From an uncultured Peptococcaceae bacterium (GTDB taxonomy: Bacteria > Bacillota > Dehalobacteriia > UBA4068 > UBA4997), in contig CALCQI010000029.1 in NCBI GenBank assembly GCA_937897635.1, positions 15,748-79,747 on the forward strand: 64,000 bases of DNA, written 5' to 3'. The notes under the pieces were generated by a model. That model did not search any database, was not told the DNA's origin, and worked only from the letters and a program-made list of their open reading frames with translations. This document shows, piece by piece, positions 38,310-48,037 of the stretch. The stretch's first letter is position 1, and each line of letters opens with the position of its first letter. The position numbers and the translations under genes are program-made.

Positions 38310-40943
38310 CTATTTATTGCGGGGGCCATGGGCAATGGCAGCCTGAGCAGCAGCCAAACGGGCTACGGGCACACGGAAAGGAGAACAGCTTACATAATCC
38401 AAGCCCATGAGATAGCAGAATTCAATAGAAGAAGGATCGCCGCCATGTTCGCCGCAAATACCCAATTTTATATCAGGACGGGTAGCACGGCCTTTAACAA
38501 CTGCCATTTCCACCAACTGGCCAACACCTTTTCTGTCCAAACGAGCAAAGGGATCGGATTCATAGATTTTATTTTTATAATAATCATCCAAGAATTTACC
38601 TGCATCATCACGGGAGAAGCCAAAAGTCATCTGGCTCAAATCATTGGTGCCGAAGGAGAAAAATTCGGCTTCGGTAGCAATTTCATCTGCCGTTAAAGCA
38701 GCACGGGGGATTTCTATCATAGTACCTACCATATATTTCATTTCAATACCGGATGCAGCAATTACTTCATCAGCAGTTGCTTTAACAACATCTTTAACAA
38801 ATTTAAGCTCTTTGATTTCGCCTACTAAGGGGATCATGATTTCAGGTACAATATTAAAACCTTTTTCCTTTTTCACTTGAACCGCAGCCTCTATAATGGC
38901 ACGGGTCTGCATTTCGGCAATTTCAGGATAAGTAACAGCCAAACGGCAGCCACGGTGACCCATCATGGGGTTAAATTCATGCAGGGAATCGATTTTAACT
39001 TTAAGATCAGCAATACTAACATTCATATCCTTAGACAGTTCGGCAATGGTTTCATCGTCTTGGGGCAGGAATTCATGAAGCGGGGGATCCAAAAGACGTA
39101 CGGTAACGGGGCGTTCACCCATTACTTCATAAATACCAACAAAGTCTGCTTTTTGGAAGGGCAATAATTCCGTCAAAGCGGCTTTTCTTGCTTCCACAGT
39201 TTCGGATAAAATCATTTTCCTCATTTTGGGAATACGTTCTTCATCAAAGAACATATGCTCGGTACGGGTCAAACCAATACCTTCGGCACCAAAATCAACA
39301 GCGTTTTGGGCATCCCTTGGGGTATCCGCATTAGTACGCACCTTCATGCAGCGATATTCATCCGTCCATTTCATAAAACGCGCAAAATCGCCTGAAATGG
39401 AAGGCTCATTGGTTTTAACATCGCCTAAATAAACATTGCCTGTGGAACCATCTAAGGAGATATAATCGCCTTCTTTTACGGTTACACCGTTTATGGTAAA
39501 GTATTTTTCTTCTTCATGCATTTTAATATCGCCGCAACCTGCTACACAGCAGGTACCCATACCACGGGCAACTACCGCTGCGTGGGAGGTCATGCCACCG
39601 CGAACCGTTAAAATACCCTGAGAAACCATCATGCCCTCAATATCTTCAGGAGAAGTTTCCAAACGAGCAAGCACTACCCTATTGCCTGCTTCCTTAGCCG
39701 CTTTGGCTTCTTCAGCAGTGAAATATACTTTACCTGCCGCAGCGCCGGGGGATGCGGGCAAACCGGTAGTCAAAACCTTAGAGGCTTTCAAGGATCCCGC
39801 ATCAAATACAGGGTGCAATAAAGCATCTAGTTGTTTTGGCTCTACACGGGCAACAGCTTCTTTTTCGGTGATCATTTTCTCATCTACCATATCTACGGCA
39901 ATTTTCAAAGCTGCCGCAGCGGTACGTTTGCCGTTACGGGTTTGCAGGAAGAACAATTTTTTATCCTCAATGGTAAATTCCATATCCTGCATATCCCTGT
40001 AGTGTTTTTCCAAGGTTTGAGCAATATCCATAAACTGCTTGTAAGCTTCGGGCATATCTTTTTCCAAAGTAGCAATGGGGCTTGGCGTGCGAATACCGGC
40101 AACTACGTCTTCACCTTGAGCATTGATAAGATACTCACCAAAAATAAGTTTTTCGCCTGTAGCAGGGTTACGGGTAAAAGCAACACCTGTGCCGGAAGTA
40201 TCACCCATATTGCCAAATACCATCATTTGTACGTTTACTGCAGTACCCCAATCACCGGGAATATCGTTCATGCGACGGTAAACAATGGCACGGGGATTAT
40301 CCCAAGAACGAAATACTGCTTTTACAGATTCCAATAGTTGGGTTTTGGGTTCCTGAGGGAATTCTGTTCCCATTTCTTTTTTATAAAAGTCTTTATATTT
40401 AACAACTATGTCTTTCCAATCTTCAGCCGTCATATCCGTATCCAGGTGAATATTTTTTGCTTCTTTTATTTCATCAAGCACTCTTTCAAAAGAGGCTTTG
40501 GGAAGACCCATAACAACATCTGAAAACATTTGGATGAAACGACGATAAGAATCATAAGCAAAGCGGGGATTATTAGTTCTTCTTGCCAAGCTTTCTACCG
40601 CTACATCGTTTAAACCCAAATTCAAAATCGTATCCATCATACCGGGCATGGAAGCACGTGCACCGGAACGAACTGAAACTAAAAGAGGATTCTCTATATC
40701 ACCGAATTTTTTTTGGGAAATTTTTTCCAATTCAGCCATAGCAACATCAATTTGCCCTATGATCCCATCACTAATTTTGCCGCCTTGAGCATAATAATCA
40801 TTGCAGGCTTCTGTAGTAACCGTAAAACCTTGAGGAATAGGCATGCCCAAATTGGTCATTTCCGCCAGGTTAGCGCCTTTACCACCTAATAAGGGTTTCA
40901 TGGAAGCATTGCCTTCTTTAAACATGTAAACAAATTTCTGCAT
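38310..40943 (-). CDS. ppdK: Pyruvate, phosphate dikinase
   Basis: 877 aa; N-terminus LLGGKGANLAEMT, phospho-His region GGMTSHAAVVARG, PEP-utilizing C-terminal TIM barrel. Confidence 0.9.
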   Translation of the reverse strand: MQKFVYMFKEGNASMKPLLGGKGANLAEMTNLGMPIPQGFTVTTEACNDYYAQGGKISDGIIGQIDVAMAELEKISQKKFGDIENPLLVSVRSGARASMPGMMDTILNLGLNDVAVESLARRTNNPRFAYDSYRRFIQMFSDVVMGLPKASFERVLDEIKEAKNIHLDTDMTAEDWKDIVVKYKDFYKKEMGTEFPQEPKTQLLESVKAVFRSWDNPRAIVYRRMNDIPGDWGTAVNVQMMVFGNMGDTSGTGVAFTRNPATGEKLIFGEYLINAQGEDVVAGIRTPSPIATLEKDMPEAYKQFMDIAQTLEKHYRDMQDMEFTIEDKKLFFLQTRNGKRTAAAALKIAVDMVDEKMITEKEAVARVEPKQLDALLHPVFDAGSLKASKVLTTGLPASPGAAAGKVYFTAEEAKAAKEAGNRVVLARLETSPEDIEGMMVSQGILTVRGGMTSHAAVVARGMGTCCVAGCGDIKMHEEEKYFTINGVTVKEGDYISLDGSTGNVYLGDVKTNEPSISGDFARFMKWTDEYRCMKVRTNADTPRDAQNAVDFGAEGIGLTRTEHMFFDEERIPKMRKMILSETVEARKAALTELLPFQKADFVGIYEVMGERPVTVRLLDPPLHEFLPQDDETIAELSKDMNVSIADLKVKIDSLHEFNPMMGHRGCRLAVTYPEIAEMQTRAIIEAAVQVKKEKGFNIVPEIMIPLVGEIKELKFVKDVVKATADEVIAASGIEMKYMVGTMIEIPRAALTADEIATEAEFFSFGTNDLSQMTFGFSRDDAGKFLDDYYKNKIYESDPFARLDRKGVGQLVEMAVVKGRATRPDIKLGICGEHGGDPSSIEFCYLMGLDYVSCSPFRVPVARLAAAQAAIAHGPRNK

Positions 40944-41111
40944 TTTTATTCACTCCCCCTTTAAATTTAGCCCCTTGTTTGGTTTCAAAATTAAAAAACT
41001 TTGAAATATCATACTAATTTTACAGGATTCCTAATAATATGTCCAGCTACCAAATCAAGTATATTTAATGCAATACTTAATAGCCAGCTATATCAATGTT
41101 TCACTAAATAA

Positions 41112-43196
41112 CTACATAACTATTTTAGCCAAATCACCTATTTTATCTGTAACACCAACAACCTTTGCCAAAAGTGCTAAACGGTTGTTGCGAACAGCCT
41201 CATCTTCAGCCATTACCATTACCTGATTAAAGAAATCATCTATTAATGGTCTTAAAGTGCCTATAGTTTGCAAAGCTGCCAAATAATCATGCTCAGCAAG
41301 TAACACAGCAGTTTTAGCTTCCACTGCCACAACACCTTCGTAAAGTGCTTTTTCGGAACTTTCGTTAAGCAAGGCCTCTTTTACCATACCATCGGTATTA
41401 GCGTTTTTAAGCAGGTTAGCGGCTCTGGTAAAACCAGCTATAAGTTCGGCAAACCCTGCTTCACTGCGAAAGACCTGTAAAGCCATAGCCTTTTGATGGC
41501 TTTCCACCGGTTTATCAAAGGGCTTGCTCAAAACGGAGTTTACAACGTCATATTCTGCCCCCTCTTCTGTCATTATATTATCTATTCTTTGTTTGAAGAA
41601 ATTTACTAGATTAGTTACTGTATCCGCTTTATTTGATACCATTTTTACAAGCTTGAGATCATATAAATCATAAGCTGCGGCAAAAAGTTCGCTTATGGAG
41701 AGATCCAGTTGTTTTTTAATTATTATTTGGGCAACCCCCATAGCCTGACGCCTCATAGCATAGGGATCCTGTGAGCCTGTGGGAAACATTTCCTGGCCAA
41801 AAAAGCCTACCAAGCTATCTATACGGTCCGCCATGGCCAAAGCTTGTCCTGCTTTGGTTTCGGGCAATACATCCCCTGCAAAACGAGGCTGATAATGTTC
41901 TTCGATAGCCAAAGCTACCTGTTCTTCTTCATTGTATACCTGGGCATAATATTTACCCATAGTACCCTGTAATTCCGTAAATTCATAAACAGCATGAGAA
42001 ACCAAGTCGCACTTCATCAATTGGGCAGCACGAACAGTTGCTTTTTGATCAGCTTTGCTGTAAGCCAGTTTGGCCGCTATTATAGCGGCTAATTTAGCTA
42101 CACGTTGTACTTTTGCTGCCAATGTACCCAACTTTTCATGGAAAACTATATTTTCCAAACGGGGCAAATTTTCCTCAAGCGGTTTTTGGCAATCCTCTTG
42201 CCAGAAGAAAGCGGCATCCGCCAAACGGGCCTGCAATACTTTTTCGTTGCCTGCCTGAACTGTTGCCAAATGGTCGCTGTTGCCGTTGCGTACAGCTATA
42301 AAATGGTTCAAAAGCTTGCCTGCTTTATCAAAAACAGGAAAATAACGCTGGTGTTCCCTCATAGGAGTTACAATAAGCTCTTCCGGCATATCCAAGTAAT
42401 TTTCACTGAAATTGCCCATTAAGGCTGTGGGATATTCCAAAAGGTAAGTAACTTCATCCAAAAGTTCTTTATCCTCTTTTACTGTCATACCTGCTTTAGC
42501 CGCCACTTCCTGAATTGATTGCCAGGCCAAAACTTTACGCTTGTTTTGATCCACTATTACATATTCTTTGGCCAAAGTTTCCTCATAAACTGCAGCATTT
42601 TTGATTTCAAGCTGCTGGCTGCCCAAAAAGCGATGTCCGCGGCTTACACGACCTGCTTTTACTTTAGCAAGCTCAAGCGGCAGTATTTCCTCACCAAACA
42701 AGCTAACTATCCAACGGATGGGACGGGCAAAACGCATTTCCTCATAGCCCCAGCGCATGGGTTTGGGGAAATAGATTTTATGGATAACTTCCACCAACAG
42801 TTTAGGCAATACTTTAACTGCGGCTTCACCTTTTTTTTCTTTGGCGGCATATACATAAGGCACGCCATTCAACTCTTTGATTGTTAAGTTTTCGGGCAAG
42901 AAACCCTGGCTGCGGCAAAAACCTTGCAAAGCCTTGGTAGGGTTACCCTCGGCATCATAAGCCGCTTTTTGAGCGGGCCCCTTTACTTCTATAGTAATAT
43001 CGGGCTGTTCTTCAGCCAATTGTTCAACTATTAAAGTTAAACGCCTGGGTGTACCCAAAGTTTTTATAGATTTGTAAGCCAAATTGGCTTCCTTAAGTTT
43101 AGTTTTGGTAAGCTCCGCCATTTGAGCCAAAGCAGGCTCCATAAAACGAGCAGGGATCTCCTCTATGCCAATTTCTAATAATAAATTCTTAGCCAT
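41112..43196 (-). CDS. glyS: Glycine--tRNA ligase beta subunit
   Basis: 694 aa; begins immediately after glyQ. Confidence 0.9.
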   Translation of the reverse strand: MAKNLLLEIGIEEIPARFMEPALAQMAELTKTKLKEANLAYKSIKTLGTPRRLTLIVEQLAEEQPDITIEVKGPAQKAAYDAEGNPTKALQGFCRSQGFLPENLTIKELNGVPYVYAAKEKKGEAAVKVLPKLLVEVIHKIYFPKPMRWGYEEMRFARPIRWIVSLFGEEILPLELAKVKAGRVSRGHRFLGSQQLEIKNAAVYEETLAKEYVIVDQNKRKVLAWQSIQEVAAKAGMTVKEDKELLDEVTYLLEYPTALMGNFSENYLDMPEELIVTPMREHQRYFPVFDKAGKLLNHFIAVRNGNSDHLATVQAGNEKVLQARLADAAFFWQEDCQKPLEENLPRLENIVFHEKLGTLAAKVQRVAKLAAIIAAKLAYSKADQKATVRAAQLMKCDLVSHAVYEFTELQGTMGKYYAQVYNEEEQVALAIEEHYQPRFAGDVLPETKAGQALAMADRIDSLVGFFGQEMFPTGSQDPYAMRRQAMGVAQIIIKKQLDLSISELFAAAYDLYDLKLVKMVSNKADTVTNLVNFFKQRIDNIMTEEGAEYDVVNSVLSKPFDKPVESHQKAMALQVFRSEAGFAELIAGFTRAANLLKNANTDGMVKEALLNESSEKALYEGVVAVEAKTAVLLAEHDYLAALQTIGTLRPLIDDFFNQVMVMAEDEAVRNNRLALLAKVVGVTDKIGDLAKIVM

Positions 43197-44113
43197 TATT
43201 TTTGACCCCCTTCCACATCTAAACCAAGATGGGCTCTGATTTCTTTATCCTTGAGCATGGGGTAACCCATTTTAGCCCTTTGTTCCACATAAGCCGCCGC
43301 ACACATTTTAGCTAAATTACGCACCCTGGCAATAAAGCTTTGCCTTTCGGTAACACTGATAGCACCACGAGCATCTAAAAGGTTAAAAGTATGCGAACAT
43401 TTCAAGGCATAATCATAAGCAGGCTGTACTATTCCTGTAGCGATCACTCTTTCGGTTTCTTTTTCGTACATATCAAAAAGCGTAAACAGCATTTCCGTAT
43501 CCGCAATTTGGAAATTATAGGTGGAATAGTCGACTTCGTTCTGGTGGTATACATCACCATAGCTAATGCCTTCCACCCACTCTATATCATAAACACTGTC
43601 CACGCCCTGTGTAAACATAGCCAAGCGTTCAATACCATAGGTTATTTCGCCGCATACCGGCTTGCAATCGATACCGCCGCATTGCTGGAAATAGGTGAAC
43701 TGGGTAACTTCCATACCATCCAGCCAAACCTCCCAGCCTAAGCCCCAAGCACCCAAAGTGGGGGATTCCCAGTTATCCTCAACAAAGCGGATATCATGTT
43801 CATCGGGGTTAATGCCTATAGCGCGCAGGCTGTCCAAATACAATTCCTGAATATTATCGGGAGATGGTTTCAGGATGACCTGATATTGGAAATAATGCTG
43901 CAAACGGTTGGGGTTTTCGCCATAACGGCCATCCGTAGGACGGCGACTGGGCTCTACATAAGCCACATTCCATGGTTCCGGCCCCAAAGCGCGCAAAAAT
44001 GTGGCAGGGTTCATAGTGCCCGCCCCTTTTTCAATATCATAGGGCTGCAGGATGATACAGCCATGCTCACCCCAGAATTCTTCCAGCTTCAAAATCAATT
44101 GTTGGAAATTCAT
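43196..44113 (-). CDS. glyQ: Glycine--tRNA ligase alpha subunit
   Basis: 305 aa; N-terminus [14 protein letters not shown]. Confidence 0.9.
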   Translation of the reverse strand: MNFQQLILKLEEFWGEHGCIILQPYDIEKGAGTMNPATFLRALGPEPWNVAYVEPSRRPTDGRYGENPNRLQHYFQYQVILKPSPDNIQELYLDSLRAIGINPDEHDIRFVEDNWESPTLGAWGLGWEVWLDGMEVTQFTYFQQCGGIDCKPVCGEITYGIERLAMFTQGVDSVYDIEWVEGISYGDVYHQNEVDYSTYNFQIADTEMLFTLFDMYEKETERVIATGIVQPAYDYALKCSHTFNLLDARGAISVTERQSFIARVRNLAKMCAAAYVEQRAKMGYPMLKDKEIRAHLGLDVEGGQK

Positions 44114-44410
44114 CTTAAACCTCCCAAAATCATTTTATAAAACCTTAATAAACTTGTATATTTATAACAGCCCTTGGGCTTTTATAAACAAATAAAAAAT
44201 CCCATCCATGCCACTAACTGGCAGGGACGAGATTGCTCCCGCGGTTCCACCCTGTTTGGTAAAAACCCACTTATTTTTTTAACGGCCTTGCCGGCGGTAA
44301 ACCGCTGCTCAGGGGTGCCTTCTTTCCGATGGGCTTTCACCATATCCCACTCGCTTTTACGGAAATACTTGTTCCCTTCCTAGCATTTAAATATGAAATT
44401 CTACTACGAA
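44114..44410 (-). promoter_or_regulatory. Glycine T-box riboswitch leader of glyQS
   Basis: Minus strand has the canonical T-box AGGGUGGAACCGCGGG (+ coords 44238..44254), a distal motif AGCGAGUGGGAUAUGGUGAAAGCCC, and a specifier-loop context GAAAGAA-GGC-A (Gly codon; + coords 44317..44319). A hairpin plus U-run precedes glyQ. Confidence 0.8.
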
Positions 44411-44413
44411 ATC

Positions 44414-44442
44414 ATTCTAACATTACGCCTGTGATTTGTCAA
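44414..44442 (-). promoter_or_regulatory. Sigma-A-type promoter for the glyQS T-box leader
   Basis: Minus strand TTGACA (44442..44437), 17-bp spacer, TAGAAT (44419..44414). Confidence 0.55.
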
Positions 44443-44446
44443 TCGG

Positions 44447-45208
44447 TTACTTAGTGGATAAGCCTGTATATTGTGCAAGTACAGCCCTGGCTTTTGGGGC
44501 TTTTTCCAAGTAATAATCCATATAGTTGGCAATTGCCGTATCTATTTCTTCCCGCATTGACTTAGTTATTTTAAGATTAAAAAGCCGACGCAAATCGGAA
44601 TCCAAAATTTTGGCCATGGTACGCACAGCACCCACCGAAACAGGGCTGGCATTATAAAGCCCCAAACAGCTTTCGCAAATAATGCCGCCGCGCGCTGCGC
44701 TCAAGGCAAATTTACCGTTATGGAGCCCTCTTTTACAGCTCACACAGGAATCTAAATATGGGCGGTAACCTAAAACAGCAAGCATACGCAAATCAAAAAA
44801 ACGCATAATCATATAAGGATCATCCGCGGCCTGCAAAAGTGTCAAAACGGTAAATACCAGCACATAAACCTGTTCGTTAGCCTTGCCTTCCTCTAAAACC
44901 ATATCCACTATTTCGGCAATATAGGAAGCATAAGCTATTTTATCCAAGTCCTCACGCAAAAGTCGCATACTTTCAATGCTTTGCCCTTGCGTAACCAGTT
45001 TAAGGCCTTTGGAATGGCTGAAAGTAAGGGTGCTTACAGAAAAAAGCTGGGTAACCGCCTTTAAACTGCTGTTGGTTTTACGTACACCTTTGGCAAGAGC
45101 AGAAATTTTGCCTTGTTTGCGTGTTAAAACTACTAAAAGCCTGTCCGCTTCCCGGTAATCCCTGCCCCGCAAAATTATAGCCTCATCAGTTATCGCTCTG
45201 GTATCCAT
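44447..45208 (-). CDS. recO: DNA repair protein RecO
   Basis: RecO N-terminal OB fold (EAIILRGRDYREADRLLVVLT) and a C-terminal Cys cluster (CVSC..C..C). Start taken at the internal ATG at 45208 next to the era stop; the ORF track runs to 45235. Confidence 0.8.
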   Translation of the reverse strand: MDTRAITDEAIILRGRDYREADRLLVVLTRKQGKISALAKGVRKTNSSLKAVTQLFSVSTLTFSHSKGLKLVTQGQSIESMRLLREDLDKIAYASYIAEIVDMVLEEGKANEQVYVLVFTVLTLLQAADDPYMIMRFFDLRMLAVLGYRPYLDSCVSCKRGLHNGKFALSAARGGIICESCLGLYNASPVSVGAVRTMAKILDSDLRRLFNLKITKSMREEIDTAIANYMDYYLEKAPKARAVLAQYTGLSTK

Positions 45209-45209
45209 A

Positions 45210-46112
45210 TTAAACCTCTTTTGAATCGTAACCAAAATTCTTTAACATATTATCATCATTACGCCAATCCTTTTTCACCTTTACCCTAAGTTCCAAAAAT
45301 ATTTTATCGCCAAAGATATTTTCCAGTTCCGGCCTTGCCAAAGATCCTATTTGTTTAAGCATGGCACCACCTTTACCTATAATAATACCTTTTTGGCTGT
45401 CCCGTTCCACACAAATAGCCGCTCCCACATAAAGCACACCGTTTTCTCTTGGTATCATATCCGTAATGTTCACGGCTACGGAATGGGGTATTTCCTCCCT
45501 GGTAAGCTCAAACACTTTTTCCCGGATGATTTCCGCCATTATCTGCTGTTCGGGCTGATCCGTAACGGTATTGGCATCATAATACAAAGGACCTTCGGGC
45601 AAATATTTTACCAATACTTGCAAAAGTTCCGTTACATTATCACCTTTCAAGGCAGATACAGGCACAACCTCGGCAAAATCCAGTAAATTTTTATACTGTT
45701 CAATAGACAGCAAAACTTGTTTAGGTTCCAGTAAATCGGTTTTGTTCAAAATCAAAAATACAGGGCAGCCACAATCCTTCAAAAAGCGTGAGATGTATTC
45801 ATCACCGCCGCCCAATTCGACAGAGGCATCCACCAAGTAAAAAATCACATCCACATCACCAACTATACTGCCCGCGGTTTTATTCATGTATTCACCCAGC
45901 TTGTGCTTGGGCTTATGCACACCGGGGGTATCCAAAAAAACCGCCTGCATTGTATCATCCGTATAGATGCCATGGATTTTATTCCTTGTAGTTTGAGCCT
46001 TATCCGACATTATGGCTACTTTTTTACCGAGCATTTGGTTCAAAAGCGTTGATTTTCCTACATTTGGCCTGCCTATGATACCTACAAAGCCCGATTTGAA
46101 TCCTTTTCCCAT
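45210..46112 (-). CDS. era: GTPase Era
   Basis: G1 GRPNVGKSTLLN, G3 DTPG, G4 NKTD, and a C-terminal KH domain. Start taken at MGKGFKSGF; the ORF track runs to 46172. Confidence 0.85.
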   Translation of the reverse strand: MGKGFKSGFVGIIGRPNVGKSTLLNQMLGKKVAIMSDKAQTTRNKIHGIYTDDTMQAVFLDTPGVHKPKHKLGEYMNKTAGSIVGDVDVIFYLVDASVELGGGDEYISRFLKDCGCPVFLILNKTDLLEPKQVLLSIEQYKNLLDFAEVVPVSALKGDNVTELLQVLVKYLPEGPLYYDANTVTDQPEQQIMAEIIREKVFELTREEIPHSVAVNITDMIPRENGVLYVGAAICVERDSQKGIIIGKGGAMLKQIGSLARPELENIFGDKIFLELRVKVKKDWRNDDNMLKNFGYDSKEV

Positions 46113-46128
46113 ATCATTCTCCCATATT

Positions 46129-47145
46129 CTATTTTTGTTCGGTTGTTTCTGCCAAAATTTCAAAAGCAACATTCTGATCCACTATTTCTACCCAGGTTTT
46201 ACCGGGCTTAAGGGTAAATTCATTGCCTTCATCATATCCATATTTGGCGGGACCATCCAAACTTTCCCTTACCCAAATACCTTCTTGGGCAATACCATCC
46301 CGAATCAACCAGGCAGGGCCACTACCCAGCAAATCTATTTCCAGCCTGCCCACGCTATCCAGCATTTTCGAATTTACTTGCTGAATGATTATATTATCGG
46401 CACTGAGTCTTTCACCGGTTTCATTATCTGTATAAGGAGTATCCCTGACACTGCGCAAATATCTACCTGTAGCAGCATCATAGGTAAAGCTGATTTTACC
46501 GCCGCTGTAGGGCAATTTAACTATTTGAGCCAATGTACCTGTTACAGTTGCAGCCTCGCTATCAAATTTAAAACCCATTATCTCCTTTTGAATACCATAG
46601 TCCTTCTTTTCTATTTGTTCCCACAAATTAGGTGTACTTGTATAAAGGTTATGTGGCGCTTTGCGAGCTTTGTCCCGCCAAAAGCCTTTGGACCAGGAAA
46701 TTTCATCTATAGAATCTACCACACCTTTTTTTAAATAGCTGTAGGCATCAGGGCTGCCGCCGCAGTGGATAAATACCCCCTGCCAACCCCTGGCAATATC
46801 AATAAGATAAGGCCTAGCACTGCGCACAGGGCCTATTTTTGCCGCCTCACCACTGAAATAAACGGCTAAATAACGGCTGATACCACCTTCTGCAGGCACT
46901 TCATAAACTAAATCCGCTTGGTTAAGGCCCGATTGCATCCTAGCACCTGCCTGATTATCTATGCTTACGCAAACAGGCCTTAAGGCCAGTTCATTTAAGC
47001 CCTCGCCTGTAAAGGGGTTTGTATAGGCAAAAGTTTCTTTAATATAAGTATTTTGATTTCCTTCATTTTGCTTACTACAGGAAGTAAGCATTACCAAAGC
47101 ACACAGGAAAATAAGAAGCAAAGGCAAACTTTTCAATTTCAGCAT
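46129..47145 (-). CDS. DUF3048 (YerB-like) lipoprotein
   Basis: 338 aa; lipobox LTSC after a signal peptide. Segment PVCVSIDNQAGARMQSGLNQADLVYEVPAEGGISRYLAVYF matches the DUF3048 N-domain. Confidence 0.55.
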   Translation of the reverse strand: MLKLKSLPLLLIFLCALVMLTSCSKQNEGNQNTYIKETFAYTNPFTGEGLNELALRPVCVSIDNQAGARMQSGLNQADLVYEVPAEGGISRYLAVYFSGEAAKIGPVRSARPYLIDIARGWQGVFIHCGGSPDAYSYLKKGVVDSIDEISWSKGFWRDKARKAPHNLYTSTPNLWEQIEKKDYGIQKEIMGFKFDSEAATVTGTLAQIVKLPYSGGKISFTYDAATGRYLRSVRDTPYTDNETGERLSADNIIIQQVNSKMLDSVGRLEIDLLGSGPAWLIRDGIAQEGIWVRESLDGPAKYGYDEGNEFTLKPGKTWVEIVDQNVAFEILAETTEQK

Positions 47146-47185
47146 AGCATTACCCCTTTACTGAAAAATTTCTCTGATAAATGCC

Positions 47186-47563
47186 TTAAAACAAAGCAAT
47201 TATTTTGGGCAGAAAAACAATAAGCCCTGTTGCAGCCGCTGCTATAGCCATTATAAGCACCGCGCCTGCGGCAACATCCTTAACATATTTGGCAAGCGGG
47301 TTTATTTGGGGGCTTACTTTATTCACCAAAGCCTCAAAAGCTGTATTGAGCATTTCAAAAGCCAAAACCATTGCCGTAACAAAAATTATGGCCACCCATT
47401 CCAAAGCGCTTATACGCAATAAAATGGCGGCTAAAATAACAGCAAGCGCCGACCAACAATGAAAACGCATATGTCTCTCCCTGAGATATGCGTTGATAAT
47501 ACCGGAAATGGCATATTTGAAAGATGCGATTTCAGAATAACATTTCATAAAATTACCCCACAA
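47186..47563 (-). CDS. dgkA: Diacylglycerol/undecaprenol kinase (DgkA family)
   Basis: 125 aa, 3 TM; AYLRERHMRFH motif. The true start may be the internal Met at 47548. Confidence 0.75.
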   Translation of the reverse strand: MWGNFMKCYSEIASFKYAISGIINAYLRERHMRFHCWSALAVILAAILLRISALEWVAIIFVTAMVLAFEMLNTAFEALVNKVSPQINPLAKYVKDVAAGAVLIMAIAAAATGLIVFLPKIIALF

Positions 47564-47566
47564 GCC

Positions 47567-48037
47567 TTATCTGTTGATGCCTAAATTTTTTAAAACCTGA
47601 TTCTGCCTTTCAAACATTACTGCCTCCTCCAGCTCTCCCAACTCATGGTCATAACCCAATAAATGCAATAAGCCGTGCAGGAACAAAAACGCCATTTCCC
47701 TTTCGGCACTATGCCCGTATTCTTCGGCCTGACTGAGCATGGTATCCACCGAAATAACTATATCACCCAAAGAACTGTCACGCGGGATCTTTTCGTCCGC
47801 CTCAAACAAGGGAAAAGAAAGCACATCCGTGGCGGCATCTTTGTTCCTGTATTGATTATTAAGTTCCTTGATTTCTTCATCTGTGGTCAAGAGCAAACTC
47901 AGCTCTAAGCGCCTTCTAGGCGGAAGGCGGCGGCTCTTTTCCGTTTGCAGGGCTTCCCTTGCTACCATTCTTAGGAGCCTCTCCTGTTTGTTTGTCAGCT
48001 CCATCTTGTTTTGCTGATTGGTTATTCGTAACTTCAT
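47567..48037 (-). CDS. ybeY: Endoribonuclease YbeY (rRNA maturation)
   Basis: 156 aa; zinc motif HGLLHLLGYDHE. Confidence 0.85.
   Translation of the reverse strand: MKLRITNQQNKMELTNKQERLLRMVAREALQTEKSRRLPPRRRLELSLLLTTDEEIKELNNQYRNKDAATDVLSFPLFEADEKIPRDSSLGDIVISVDTMLSQAEEYGHSAEREMAFLFLHGLLHLLGYDHELGELEEAVMFERQNQVLKNLGINR

Noticed and set aside
46012-46734. 240-aa + strand ORF
   Set aside because: Antisense to era and the DUF3048 gene, which are confidently called on the minus strand.
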